Source: Myxococcota bacterium | GTDB lineage: Bacteria > Myxococcota_A > UBA9160 > PR03 | Assembly (NCBI GenBank): GCA_041611735.1 | Contig: JBFIML010000003.1 | Coordinates: 1 to 64,000, forward strand | Length of the DNA stretch: 64,000 nucleotides | Reading direction: 5' to 3' | Part shown: positions 9,116 through 18,417 of the stretch, piece after piece | Layout of the letters: each line of letters opens with the position of its first letter | Position numbering within the stretch: position 1 is the first letter of the stretch | Position numbers and translations under genes: made by a program | Notes under the pieces: generated by a model | The model's database searches: none | What the model was told of the DNA's origin: nothing | What the model saw: only the letters and a program-made list of their open reading frames with translations

Positions 9116-10471
9116 ATGACCCCCTCGCCCAGGCGCTCCCGCTCCGCTCCGCGTCGCGCTGCCACGGCCCCGCCCGTCGCGCCGCGTCCGGTCGCGTTGG
9201 CCGCCGCCGTGGCGCTGGCGGGCCTCCACGGCCTGTGGGCGCTCTTCCAGTGGACCGAGCTGGCCGTGGCCCGCGCCGGAGGAGAGCCCTTCTGTCCGCT
9301 CGGCGACGCCGGGGCCTGCGCGGCGCTGTGGGACTCGCCCATCGCGATCGCCGTTCAGACCTCGACGGGGCTGCCGGTGGCGGGCTGGGGCCTGGTGTGG
9401 AGCGTCGCGGCCTTCGCGCTGCCGCTCGGCGTCCTGACCCGGGCGGCAAGGGGACGCACGGCGCCCGGCGCGTGGGCCGCAACGCTCGTGACCGCCCTGG
9501 CCGGCCTGACCGGAGTGCTCGGCCTCGCGGCGGCCTCCCTCGCCCTGGGACGCCTGTGCGGGACTTGCGTGCTCACCTACGTCCTCGTCCTGACCTACGC
9601 CGCCCTGTGCTTTGGCCAGCCTGGCCGGCTGCGAGGCGGCGAGGCGGTCCGGGGAGCCGTCCTGGCCGCGGCCGTGGCGTTGGCCGCCTTCCTGGTGCTG
9701 CTGGTTCCGGGGCTGCGCACGTCCCCGGCTCCGCAGGCGGCCTCCCTGGTGGCGCCGGGCACGCCGGCGGCGCTCGGCCCCGAGGCCCGCCCCCTGGCGG
9801 AGTCGATCCAGGCGCTGCCGCCGCAGGCCCGCCAGCTGCTCGCCGACACCCTCGCCGCCTGGGCCCGCAGTGCGCCGGTCCCCCTGCGCCCGCCGCGTGC
9901 GCTCCTGGGCCCCGCCGGGGCACCCGTGCGCATCACCGAATTCTCCGACGTGTTGTGCGGGCACTGCGCCGCCCTGCACCGTGTGCTGGGGGAGCTGCGC
10001 GCCTTTCCGGATGCGCCCTTTGCCCTGGACGCGCGCCAGTTCCCCCTGGACGCTGCCTGCAATCCCTTCGCGGCGCGACGCGACGAGAGCCCCGTGCGAT
10101 GCCTCGCCGCCCGGGCGCTCATCTGCCTCGAGGGGCATCCGGACGCCTTCGCGTTCACGGGCCGGCTCTTCGCCCACCAGCAGGAGCTCAGCGAGGAGCG
10201 GATCTACGAGCTGGCGGCCCCGCTCCGATCCCGAGCGGAGCTGGCAGCCTGCGTGGCGCACCCGGAAACCGAGCGCAAGCTCCAGGAAGACGTGAGCTGG
10301 GCCGCGGAGCTCGGCATCCAGGGCACGCCGCTCGTCCTGGTGAACGACCGCCCGGCGGCGAACTTCCCCCCGCTCCTGCAGGCGCTCGTGCTGGCCCGGG
10401 GCGACCCGACCCATCCCTCCCTGGCGCGGCTGCCGACGCCCTCCCGAGGCGGAGAACGAGAGCACCGGTGA
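9116..10471 (+). CDS. VKOR-DsbA/thioredoxin fusion (disulfide bond formation)
   Basis: VKOR loop Cys pair (FCPLGDAGAC...WDS), TM helices and CGTC; C-terminal EFSDVLCGHC and GIQGTP cis-Pro loop. Start uncertain. Confidence 0.88.
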   Translation: MTPSPRRSRSAPRRAATAPPVAPRPVALAAAVALAGLHGLWALFQWTELAVARAGGEPFCPLGDAGACAALWDSPIAIAVQTSTGLPVAGWGLVWSVAAFALPLGVLTRAARGRTAPGAWAATLVTALAGLTGVLGLAAASLALGRLCGTCVLTYVLVLTYAALCFGQPGRLRGGEAVRGAVLAAAVALAAFLVLLVPGLRTSPAPQAASLVAPGTPAALGPEARPLAESIQALPPQARQLLADTLAAWARSAPVPLRPPRALLGPAGAPVRITEFSDVLCGHCAALHRVLGELRAFPDAPFALDARQFPLDAACNPFAARRDESPVRCLAARALICLEGHPDAFAFTGRLFAHQQELSEERIYELAAPLRSRAELAACVAHPETERKLQEDVSWAAELGIQGTPLVLVNDRPAANFPPLLQALVLARGDPTHPSLARLPTPSRGGEREHR

Positions 10472-10908
10472 GCGGGCTGCGCGAGCTGCGCGTCTCGCCC
10501 CGCCGCACCATCCCGGCCCGCCTGCTCACGGTGCGCTTCGCCCGCTCCGGCGGGCCCGGTGGGCAGAACGTGAACAAGGTCGAGACCAAGGTGGATCTGC
10601 GGCTGCGTCTCGACGCGGCCGCCGAGGTGCTGGGGGAGGCGGCGGTCGCGCGACTGCGGCGGCGCCTGGCGGGTCGGCTCGACAGCCGGGGCGACCTGCG
10701 CGTCGTGGCCCGGGAGCACCGCACGCGCGCCCGCAATCTGGAAGCCGCGCTCGAGCGAATGGAGACCCTGCTCCGCCAGGGCCTGGCGCGACCGCGCCCG
10801 CGCCGGCCGACCCGCCCCACGCGCGCCGGCCGGGAGCGGCGACTCGCCGCCAAGCGCCAGCGCGGCGCCGTGAAGCGGCACCGCACGCGCCCGGGAGGCG
10901 AGGAGTGA
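10468..10908 (+). CDS. arfB: Alternative ribosome rescue peptidyl-tRNA hydrolase ArfB
   Basis: FARSGGPGGQNVNKV motif and basic tail RRPTRPT...RRLAAKRQR; GTGA overlap with the upstream stop. Confidence 0.93.
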   Translation: MSGLRELRVSPRRTIPARLLTVRFARSGGPGGQNVNKVETKVDLRLRLDAAAEVLGEAAVARLRRRLAGRLDSRGDLRVVAREHRTRARNLEAALERMETLLRQGLARPRPRRPTRPTRAGRERRLAAKRQRGAVKRHRTRPGGEE

Positions 10909-10912
10909 ACGC

Positions 10913-11326
10913 CTAGGAGCCCTGGCCCTGGAAGGAGGTGTCGATGGCCACGTCCGGGTGCAGGCTCTTGTGGACCGGGCAGGTCATGGCCGCGCGCTCC
11001 AGCACCTTGCGGGCCTCGGCGGAGAGGCCCGCCGGCAGCGTGATCCGCACCTCCAGGCGTCCGATGCGTCGCACCGGATCCGTGGCCATGTGCTTCTCCA
11101 CCGTGGCCCGGGCTCCTTGCAGCGACCATCCACGACGTCTTGCCGCGATCCCCATTACGGTGAGCATGCAGCTCGCCAGGGCCGTCGCCACCAGGTCGGT
11201 GGGCGAGAAGCTCTCGCCACGGCCCTCGTTGTCACGCGGGGCGTCGGTGGCGAGCTCGGCCCCCGAGGGGCCGTGTCGGCACACGGTGCGCAGATCCCCG
11301 CTGTAGTGCACGTCGATGCGGACCAT
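10913..11326 (-). CDS. OsmC-family protein
   Basis: TDAPRDNEGRGESFSPTDLVATALASC and TCPVHKSL. Confidence 0.92.
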   Translation of the reverse strand: MVRIDVHYSGDLRTVCRHGPSGAELATDAPRDNEGRGESFSPTDLVATALASCMLTVMGIAARRRGWSLQGARATVEKHMATDPVRRIGRLEVRITLPAGLSAEARKVLERAAMTCPVHKSLHPDVAIDTSFQGQGS

Positions 11327-11403
11327 GGCTTCGTGCTCCCGATCCTCCGGAGCGTCGCCTCCGGCGCTCGAAGCATAGCCATGGGGCCAGGCCCATGCGT
11401 CCG

Positions 11404-12981
11404 TCAAGGCTGCGCCGGGGCGGCCGGATCACCCGGAGCCCCGAGCACGTCGCCGTGGCGCGCACGCACGACCGGGTCCTGGTCGAGCTCGTAGTGACGA
11501 AACAGCCAGTAGGCGTGCAGGTAGTCGATGGCGCTGGTCAGCAGGTTGGTGGGCGGCCCGGTGACCTGCCACACCAGCCGCGGCTTCACCTTCCAGTGGT
11601 AGCTGTCCGGGCGATAGCGATCGACCCACTGCGCCTCGCGCCCCTGCTCCTGGACGCCCTGCCAGCGGAAGCGGTCGAGGGGGAAGCGGCGCAACTGCTC
11701 CACGCCCGTCTCCAGGAGCGATTCCACTTGACGGCGGGTCGCCTCCCAGGAGTCCGGGACCACCGCCTGCCGCAGCCGGGGGTCCCGGAGCAGGCCGGCC
11801 CACATGAAGTTGCACAGCGAGTTCTTGTTCCCCTCGAGCCCTTTCATGCTCCAGTAGAGCGTGCGGCCGAAGCGGCGCAGGAAACGGGCGTCCGGCTCGC
11901 GGGCTTCGTGCCGCGCGGCGTCGAGCTCGAGGGCGAGACCCAGGAAGGCGGCGTTGGCCAGGTGGTTCTTGTCGTTGGTGCCGATGAAGCGGCTGCGCCC
12001 GACCCGTTGGGGGTCGTAGAAGGGCGGCTTCCAGCCCGCCCGGGACCAGGGCTCGCTGCGGCGCAGGCGCGCGAACTCCCGCGCCACCGCGTCGCGACGG
12101 GTGGGGTCGGCGGAAGGAAAGCGGTGCGCGGCGGCCACCATCGCGTAGGACACCTGGGCGTTGAAGGGCGTCCCCACCCGCCAGAAGAGGAACGGGCTCA
12201 GGTTGCCGTAGCGGGTGGTCCGGCCGTCGTGGCGCGTCAGCCGGTAGCCGTTCTGCACCAGATGACCGACCAGGGCGCCCAGATCCTCCTCGGCGCGCTG
12301 GCGGGCGGCGGGCGGCAGATCCGAGGCGGCGAGTCGTAGCAAGGTCGCATAGCCCAGTACGAGCTGGTTGGCGGTGCCCTTGGCCGGCTCGCCCCGGTAG
12401 AAGTAGCGGGTCCCGTCGGGCGCCACCCACTCGTGCGCGACGCGCCCCACGGGCTGGTCGCGGCGCATCACGCAGCGGGCGGGCAGGCCGGGAACGCCGG
12501 TCACCTCGAAGTAGAGGTGCATGCCCTCCAGCAGGTCGGCGATGCGTGCCAGGGTGCGGGGATCGCGGGTGACGGCCCACTTGTAGGAGAGGCCGGCGAG
12601 CAGGGCGCCGTTCCAGGTGGAGACATCGGCGCCGGGCAGGAACTCCACGGGCTCTCCGGGCCGCTCGGGCACGGTGACCCGGGGCATCACCTGACGGTGT
12701 GGAGCAAAGTGGTAACGCCACAGCATCCACTCGAAGTGCTCCGCCTTGACCTCCAGCGGCACCTGGCGTGGGTCGCCGCCGTAGTGCGACAGGAGCATCT
12801 CCTGCCGCGCGCGCAAGGAGGCGGCGCTCTGGTCGTCGGCCGCCGGTTCCGGGAGGTGCGCGAGGACCGACGCCGCCGCTTCGGTGGCAGCGACCCAGAG
12901 CAGGAGGAGGAGCAGGAGCCGCGCCGGCCGGAGGGGCCGACGCGCAGCCGGCGGTGCGGAATCAGCGCCGGGCATCGGCAC
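11404..12981 (-). CDS. Secreted hypothetical protein, probably helical (alpha/alpha)-barrel
   Basis: Hydrophobic signal-like N-terminus; Trp/Tyr-rich; ends SAIDYLHAYWLFRHY; overlaps upstream metallophosphoesterase. Confidence 0.65.
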   Translation of the reverse strand: MPMPGADSAPPAARRPLRPARLLLLLLLWVAATEAAASVLAHLPEPAADDQSAASLRARQEMLLSHYGGDPRQVPLEVKAEHFEWMLWRYHFAPHRQVMPRVTVPERPGEPVEFLPGADVSTWNGALLAGLSYKWAVTRDPRTLARIADLLEGMHLYFEVTGVPGLPARCVMRRDQPVGRVAHEWVAPDGTRYFYRGEPAKGTANQLVLGYATLLRLAASDLPPAARQRAEEDLGALVGHLVQNGYRLTRHDGRTTRYGNLSPFLFWRVGTPFNAQVSYAMVAAAHRFPSADPTRRDAVAREFARLRRSEPWSRAGWKPPFYDPQRVGRSRFIGTNDKNHLANAAFLGLALELDAARHEAREPDARFLRRFGRTLYWSMKGLEGNKNSLCNFMWAGLLRDPRLRQAVVPDSWEATRRQVESLLETGVEQLRRFPLDRFRWQGVQEQGREAQWVDRYRPDSYHWKVKPRLVWQVTGPPTNLLTSAIDYLHAYWLFRHYELDQDPVVRARHGDVLGAPGDPAAPAQP

Positions 12982-14044
12982 TTCCTGCCGCCTGCATCAG
13001 GCTTCGCGTCCCGCCCATGCGACCCACCGCCCAGCGCGCCACCAGGCGCGGCGGGCCGGCCCCGAACAAGGGGACGTTGCCCGTGCTGAAGAGGGAGACC
13101 ACGAGCTCCTCGCCGGCCGGGCCGTCCACCAGGTCCACGCGCGCGAAGCCCGGACTCGCCCGGGCGAAGCGCACGCGGGGATTCGACGTGCGCAGCTCCC
13201 GCACGCGCGAGCCCGAGCCGGCCACCACCTGGAGCGAGGGGCCGGGCGGATCCATCTCGATGAGCTGCAGATTGTGCTCGTCGCCGCTCAGGACGAGCTG
13301 CACCTCCACGCCCGTCTCCCGGATGGCTTCGAGCACCAGGGCCCGGTAGGCGGCGCCCCGCGGCGTCGCCTGGTCGCGGGCCAGGGCGATGGGGTGGTGG
13401 GCCACCAGGATTCGCCACGGGCCCCGCGCGCGACGCAACGCGTCGTACAGCGCGGCGGGATCGGCCCCCTGCCGGAGCTCGACGGACTGGAGCAGCACCA
13501 GGCTCACACCGGCCGGGAACTCGACGACCTCGGTCAGCCCCTCCGGGACGCGCCAGTTCGCCACCAGCCGGGGCAGCTCGCGGCGCTGCAGGGCGGGACT
13601 CTCGGGGTCCTTGTAGTCGTGGTTGCCGAGCACGGCCAGCAAGGGCACCGGGTGGCGCCCGCTTTCGGGCAGGTCGCAGGCGTCGGCGACCTCCTGGGAA
13701 CGGGGCCCCGAGAGGTCCAGGAAGCGGCAGTAGGGCCGGACCACGTTCTCGCGCACCCGGCGCACGAGCTCGGCCCGCTGGAGGCCCACCCAGTAGAAGT
13801 TGTCTCCGAGCAGGAGCAGGGCATCCCCCGGGTGGCGACGATCCTCGGCAGCCAGGCCGCGGCCCACGGCCAGCTGCCGGTGCAGGTGGTGGGAAAGCGG
13901 GGGGCGCTTGCCCGTGTCCCCCACGGCCAGCACCGAGAAGCGGATCGGCCCCTCGAGCGGCGGCGGAGCGCCTGGCACCCCGGCGCAGGACAGGGCGAGC
14001 AGGACGAGGGCGAGCGGGGCCTTGCGTCGGAAGTGCTGCATCAC
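12962..14044 (-). CDS. Calcineurin-like metallophosphoesterase lipoprotein (purple acid phosphatase-like)
   Basis: GDTG, GDNFY, GNHD, HHP, SGDEHN; lipobox-like LALSC. Confidence 0.9.
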   Translation of the reverse strand: MMQHFRRKAPLALVLLALSCAGVPGAPPPLEGPIRFSVLAVGDTGKRPPLSHHLHRQLAVGRGLAAEDRRHPGDALLLLGDNFYWVGLQRAELVRRVRENVVRPYCRFLDLSGPRSQEVADACDLPESGRHPVPLLAVLGNHDYKDPESPALQRRELPRLVANWRVPEGLTEVVEFPAGVSLVLLQSVELRQGADPAALYDALRRARGPWRILVAHHPIALARDQATPRGAAYRALVLEAIRETGVEVQLVLSGDEHNLQLIEMDPPGPSLQVVAGSGSRVRELRTSNPRVRFARASPGFARVDLVDGPAGEELVVSLFSTGNVPLFGAGPPRLVARWAVGRMGGTRSLMQAAGSADARR

Positions 14045-14290
14045 GCTTCTCGACCTACCGATCGGCCGCGCGCCGTCGCGGGTTGAGGCGCTCGGCTGCG
14101 CATCGTCTGCCGGCCCTCGAGGCTTCCCCGAGCGGGGGCAACGGCGCGTCTCGTCGCGCAGGAGGCAGCGTTCGAGAGTGAGGCAAGGTCACGTCACAGG
14201 AAGAACGGGGCACCCACCTGATGTATACTCCATCCCGAAACGGATCGCGGGCAGGAGGGTGTGAGCGAACGCCGAGGTCGAGGTGCAACC

Positions 14291-14833
14291 ATGCTGAGAG
14301 CCGTCGCGCCGTTCTTGCTGTTCGCCTGCGTCCTGATCCCTCAAGGCTGCGCCACCGACCTCGGCACCGGCCGCCGCGTCGTCGATACACTCCAGAACAG
14401 CTATCCCATTACGGTTGGGCGTCTGGTGACGGCCCAGCTCGACACCCGCCACCGCCTGCGCGTCTACCTTCAGATCTGCGAGGACGCGGACGCGGACGGG
14501 CCCGTGTGCAGCGAGGAGAGCCTGCGCGTGCTGGCCATGGTCGAAGCGGACAAGAAGTCCCTGCTCGAGCGCATCGCCAACCGCTACCTGGAGGCAGGTC
14601 GCGAGAAGCCGGTGTACGTGTACGGTCCCATGTGTGATGGCATGCAGGAGATGATCCTCGTACCCCGTTGCCAGTTGGCCGTCGCGTTGAGCATCTGGGA
14701 TCCCTACTTGCGGGACTACGTGGTCTACTCGACGCTGCACGGATCGGGGAGCTTCCTGGAGTCCGACGGCTTCGGGACCTTCCTGGAGGTCACCGGACGA
14801 GCCGCCGGGATCGCGCGGAAGGCCGCGAAATAG
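14291..14833 (+). CDS. Hypothetical lipoprotein
   Basis: GAGG SD; signal peptide ending PQGC; four further Cys. Confidence 0.7.
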   Translation: MLRAVAPFLLFACVLIPQGCATDLGTGRRVVDTLQNSYPITVGRLVTAQLDTRHRLRVYLQICEDADADGPVCSEESLRVLAMVEADKKSLLERIANRYLEAGREKPVYVYGPMCDGMQEMILVPRCQLAVALSIWDPYLRDYVVYSTLHGSGSFLESDGFGTFLEVTGRAAGIARKAAK

Positions 14834-14841
14834 CTTCGGTC

Positions 14842-15861
14842 TTGACTCCCGCGCCGATCCGCCTGCTGCTCCTGTTCGCGGCCCTCGGGTGGGCTTGCAC
14901 GACGCTCCCGGCGACCCCGCCCGCAGCGGACGACGCCCGGCCTGCCCCGATTCCCGTGCCGGCGGACCTGACGCCGGCTCGGCTCGACCCGGACCACGTC
15001 ACCCTCGCGGCGGAGCCGCGCACGGTGGAGGAGCACTGGCTCCTCGACGTGTACGACCGTCTGCGCCCGGGGAACTACCGCAGCTTCCGCGTGGACTTCC
15101 CCGGCGTGGATGGGGAGCCCGGGCGGGCCCACCTGCTGCTTCCGTCGGGTCCCGGGCCGCATGCGGCGGTGCTCGTCTTCCCGATCCTCGGCGGCTCGCA
15201 CGTGGTCTCCGAGGCTCTCGCCAAGGCCCTCGCGAACCGCGGCTACGCCGTGCTGCGCGTGGAGCGACGCCGCCTGTTCGCCGCCCGCGACGAGGAGGAG
15301 GTCGGGGACTTCGCCGTGCCCGCCCGCCGGCTGCGCCAGGCGCTCCTCGACGGGCGCCGCCTGCTCGACTGGCTGGAGACCCGCCCCGAGATCGATGCGA
15401 CGCGGCTGGCCGTGGCCGGCGTCAGCGTGGGCGGCATCATGGCTGCCACCCTGATGGGCCTGGACGAACGCATCCGGGCCGGCGTCTTCCTCATGGCGGG
15501 CGGGGGGCTGCCGGAGCTGCTCTACGAATCCACCGAACGCCCTCTGCGGCGCTTCCGGGAACGGGTCTTCGAGTCCACCGGGGATACGAGCCGGGAGGGC
15601 TTCGTGCGGCGGGCCCGAGTCCACACCGAATCCCTCGACCCGCTGCGCTACGCGGACCGCATCGCGCCTGAGCGCGTGGTGCTCGTGTCCGGCCGCTTCG
15701 ACCGCGTCGTGCCTTCCGCGCGGACCGAGGCGCTCTGGGAGGCGCTCGGGCGTCCGCGCTGGATCCGCTTGCCGGCCGGTCACTACCAGTTCGTGCCCTT
15801 CTTCTGGTGGTCCATCGGCCGTGGCGCGGACCTGCTGGATCGCGCGCTCGCCGCTCCCTGA
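14842..15861 (+). CDS. Alpha/beta hydrolase, probable lipoprotein
   Basis: GVSVGG nucleophile elbow, RFDRVV (Asp), AGHY (His); LGWAC lipobox; TTG start estimated. Confidence 0.82.
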   Translation: MTPAPIRLLLLFAALGWACTTLPATPPAADDARPAPIPVPADLTPARLDPDHVTLAAEPRTVEEHWLLDVYDRLRPGNYRSFRVDFPGVDGEPGRAHLLLPSGPGPHAAVLVFPILGGSHVVSEALAKALANRGYAVLRVERRRLFAARDEEEVGDFAVPARRLRQALLDGRRLLDWLETRPEIDATRLAVAGVSVGGIMAATLMGLDERIRAGVFLMAGGGLPELLYESTERPLRRFRERVFESTGDTSREGFVRRARVHTESLDPLRYADRIAPERVVLVSGRFDRVVPSARTEALWEALGRPRWIRLPAGHYQFVPFFWWSIGRGADLLDRALAAP

Positions 15862-17213
15862 GCGTCCCGCAGCAGGCGCAGCTCCTCGAACCGGCGCAGG
15901 ATGAGCTCGCCCGCATCTCGCCCCGGCGAGAGCGTACGCTCGTAGCGGTAGAGAGGCAGATCGAATTCGGCCTCGGGAAGCAGATAACCGAGCTCGTCGT
16001 TGGCGAGGCCGATCAGCAGCGTCGGACGGCCTGCCACGGCCCGCTTGATGCGCAGGCCCAGGTCGGGGGTGATCTCGCCGGGTACCGTGGCGATGCGGAG
16101 TGCTCCGACCTCCCACAGGTTCACCTCGGTGAGGAGATAGCCGCCCCGGTAGAGCCGGCGCTCGAGCAGCCTGGTCCAGCGCGCGAGGTCGTAGCGGAAG
16201 TTGCGGTTCGGCAGGTAGAGCGGCGCGTGCCAGGCCGCCAGACCCGGTGAGCGGGCGTGAGCGCCGAAGGCGCGGACGACGCCGACGGCCTCGTCCGCGA
16301 GCCGGCGCCCCACCCGCTCCGCCTCCAGGAAGGTGCCCCCCTCTCCATCGGGGAAACCGCCCGCCACGTCGGGCGTGACCAGCCCGCCCAGGGCTCCGGA
16401 CACGTAGAGGCCGACGCCGCCCAGGACCGCTTCGAGCCGGGCCACCGCGTGGCCCGGGAAGTCCGCAGTCACCAACCGGTTGGCGGCGCCCAGTACTTCC
16501 GGATGACAGCCGAGCGCCACCAGGGTGGCGATCGTCGCCCCGCCGCTCGCCTCGCGCACGTGCACCACGCCGAGCTCCGGATCCACCACGCCCGGTCGGC
16601 GCAGGTTCTTCATCAGACCGGCGGGATCCACGGCGACGGTGCCGGCGGCGAGCTCCGCGGGCCGCAGCGCGCGCAGCGCAGCTCCGATCGCCGAGAGGAT
16701 GCCGGCCTCGATGCGGCGCATGACCGCCTCGCTGCGTCCGGAGTAGAACGGGGGGAGACCCCAGAGCCCCAGGGTGTCGGGGCCGCTGTGGTTGTGGGTG
16801 GCGGCGACGACCACGTGACGGGGGTCGAACCCCGCATCGCGCAGGCGCGGCCACAACGGGATCAGGTCCTCGCGCTGTAGACCCACCACGTCCACGGCCA
16901 CGAGACCGAGCCGGAGCCCGCCCTGCTCGAGCACCAGGGCGCGCGCGAAGAGCGGGTCGTGCACACCCTGGCTGCGCCGCCAGAAGCCGTAGCCGCCCAT
17001 CCAGACCGGCTCGCGCGGTGTGACGTCCACGGCCGCGGCACCGGCCCGCAGCGGCCCCGCGTGCTCCCGGGCTTGGTGTAGCGGGACGGTCTCGGGAAAG
17101 ACGGGACGCCACGGTGCGCAGCCCGGTGCGAGGCCGGCGACCAGCCCCAAAGCCGCGAAGCCGCGGGGTACGACCCGTCGCCAGGACCGGCTCTTCGAGC
17201 GACAGCCTTGCAT
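15783..17213 (-). CDS. Neutral/alkaline ceramidase-like Zn hydrolase, probable lipoprotein
   Basis: GVHDPLFARALV, ATHNHSGPD, CHPE, ADFPG, PGE, GLANDELGY. Confidence 0.82.
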   Translation of the reverse strand: MQGCRSKSRSWRRVVPRGFAALGLVAGLAPGCAPWRPVFPETVPLHQAREHAGPLRAGAAAVDVTPREPVWMGGYGFWRRSQGVHDPLFARALVLEQGGLRLGLVAVDVVGLQREDLIPLWPRLRDAGFDPRHVVVAATHNHSGPDTLGLWGLPPFYSGRSEAVMRRIEAGILSAIGAALRALRPAELAAGTVAVDPAGLMKNLRRPGVVDPELGVVHVREASGGATIATLVALGCHPEVLGAANRLVTADFPGHAVARLEAVLGGVGLYVSGALGGLVTPDVAGGFPDGEGGTFLEAERVGRRLADEAVGVVRAFGAHARSPGLAAWHAPLYLPNRNFRYDLARWTRLLERRLYRGGYLLTEVNLWEVGALRIATVPGEITPDLGLRIKRAVAGRPTLLIGLANDELGYLLPEAEFDLPLYRYERTLSPGRDAGELILRRFEELRLLRDAQGAASARSSRSAPRPMDHQKKGTNW

Positions 17214-17229
17214 GCGGCTCCTCTCCCGA

Positions 17230-18417
17230 TCAGCGCACGTAGATGGGGTTGGAGAAGATCCAGGGCCGCCAGCCGCCGTCTGCGTGTAGGAAGACCTCCA
17301 CCCGGTAGATCCCCGCCTCCTCCACCCGCACGGAGAGCTCCCGGCAGTTGCAGCGGGCGAAGAGCGAGCCGTCGCGCAACAGCTCGATCCGGCCTGCCAG
17401 GGGCGTCCGCACCACGAGGCTGAGGTCCGGACGCAGCGTGATCTCGTCGCCAGCGATGGCGCTGGGCTGGACGGCGTCGTTACCGAACCAGAATCCGGTG
17501 GGATCCGCCAGGACGTCGAAAGCCACGTAGGCGTGGCCCGAGACCAGCGCCGAGAGCACGGCTTCCTGGTCGTCGGACCAGGCCCACACGTGGGTCGTGA
17601 CGAAGCGGAAGCTCCTTTCGTAGGGATCGATCTGGCGGCCCAGGATGCGGACGTTGCGATGGGCGTCGTTGCCGGCGATTCCGACCCAGCGTCCCGTGCG
17701 CAGCAGCTCGTCCCAGCGACGCAGGTGCCACTCGGGCCGGTCCTGGATCTGGAGGAACACCTCGTCCGGCCAGTCGTCCCAGGCGTGGAGCACGTCGAGA
17801 GCGTACTTGGGAAACGCCCACTTGCGGTCGAGGGCGTCGTCCAGCACGTCGTAGATCTCGAGACCCGTCACCCCCTCCACGGACCAGTCGCGCCAGCCGC
17901 GAGGGTGGGCCACGAAGGCGAGCCCGCCGCGGCGGTTCACCTCGTCCACCACCTCCTGGAAGTCGAGGGGGCGGGGATCGAACCAGCCGTCGAAACCGAT
18001 GGCCAGCAGCGTGGCGCAACGGTCCGCGAGTCCCCGGCAGCCCTTGATGATCTCCATGCCGGGGATCACGAGCACGTCTTCGTGGCGGCCACTCAGGCCC
18101 TCGGTGAAGATCGTCGGGGTGGCGTGCTCCGTCATCACCACGAAGTCCAGCTCGGCCGCCCGGGCTCCCGCCAGGAGCTCCGCGTGGCTCCCCTCGCTGT
18201 CGGCGGAGACGTGGGAGTGGACGTGGATGGCACCGCGCAGGTCCAGGTAGCCCGGGGGTGCGGTCAGGACGGCTCCTTGCCCCTGGAAGGCCTCGAGCTC
18301 CGCGCGCAGCGCGGCCCAGCGCGCCCGCGGGCTGCAGGCCGCGGAGGCGACGGCCAGCGCCAGGAACCCGAGCAAGGCCGCGCGCCGCAAGGCGCCTCGC
18401 CGCGCCGGCGCGCTCAT
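17230..18417 (-). CDS. PHP-domain metallohydrolase, exported
   Basis: HVHSHVSADS, MTEH, GME, AHP, GNDAH, FSNPIY; signal with lipobox-like SAAC. Confidence 0.85.
   Translation of the reverse strand: MSAPARRGALRRAALLGFLALAVASAACSPRARWAALRAELEAFQGQGAVLTAPPGYLDLRGAIHVHSHVSADSEGSHAELLAGARAAELDFVVMTEHATPTIFTEGLSGRHEDVLVIPGMEIIKGCRGLADRCATLLAIGFDGWFDPRPLDFQEVVDEVNRRGGLAFVAHPRGWRDWSVEGVTGLEIYDVLDDALDRKWAFPKYALDVLHAWDDWPDEVFLQIQDRPEWHLRRWDELLRTGRWVGIAGNDAHRNVRILGRQIDPYERSFRFVTTHVWAWSDDQEAVLSALVSGHAYVAFDVLADPTGFWFGNDAVQPSAIAGDEITLRPDLSLVVRTPLAGRIELLRDGSLFARCNCRELSVRVEEAGIYRVEVFLHADGGWRPWIFSNPIYVR

Noticed and set aside
15783-15861. Convergent 3' gene overlaps (79 nt here, 67 nt at 47286-47352)
   Set aside because: Commonplace in GC-rich genomes with scarce stop codons.
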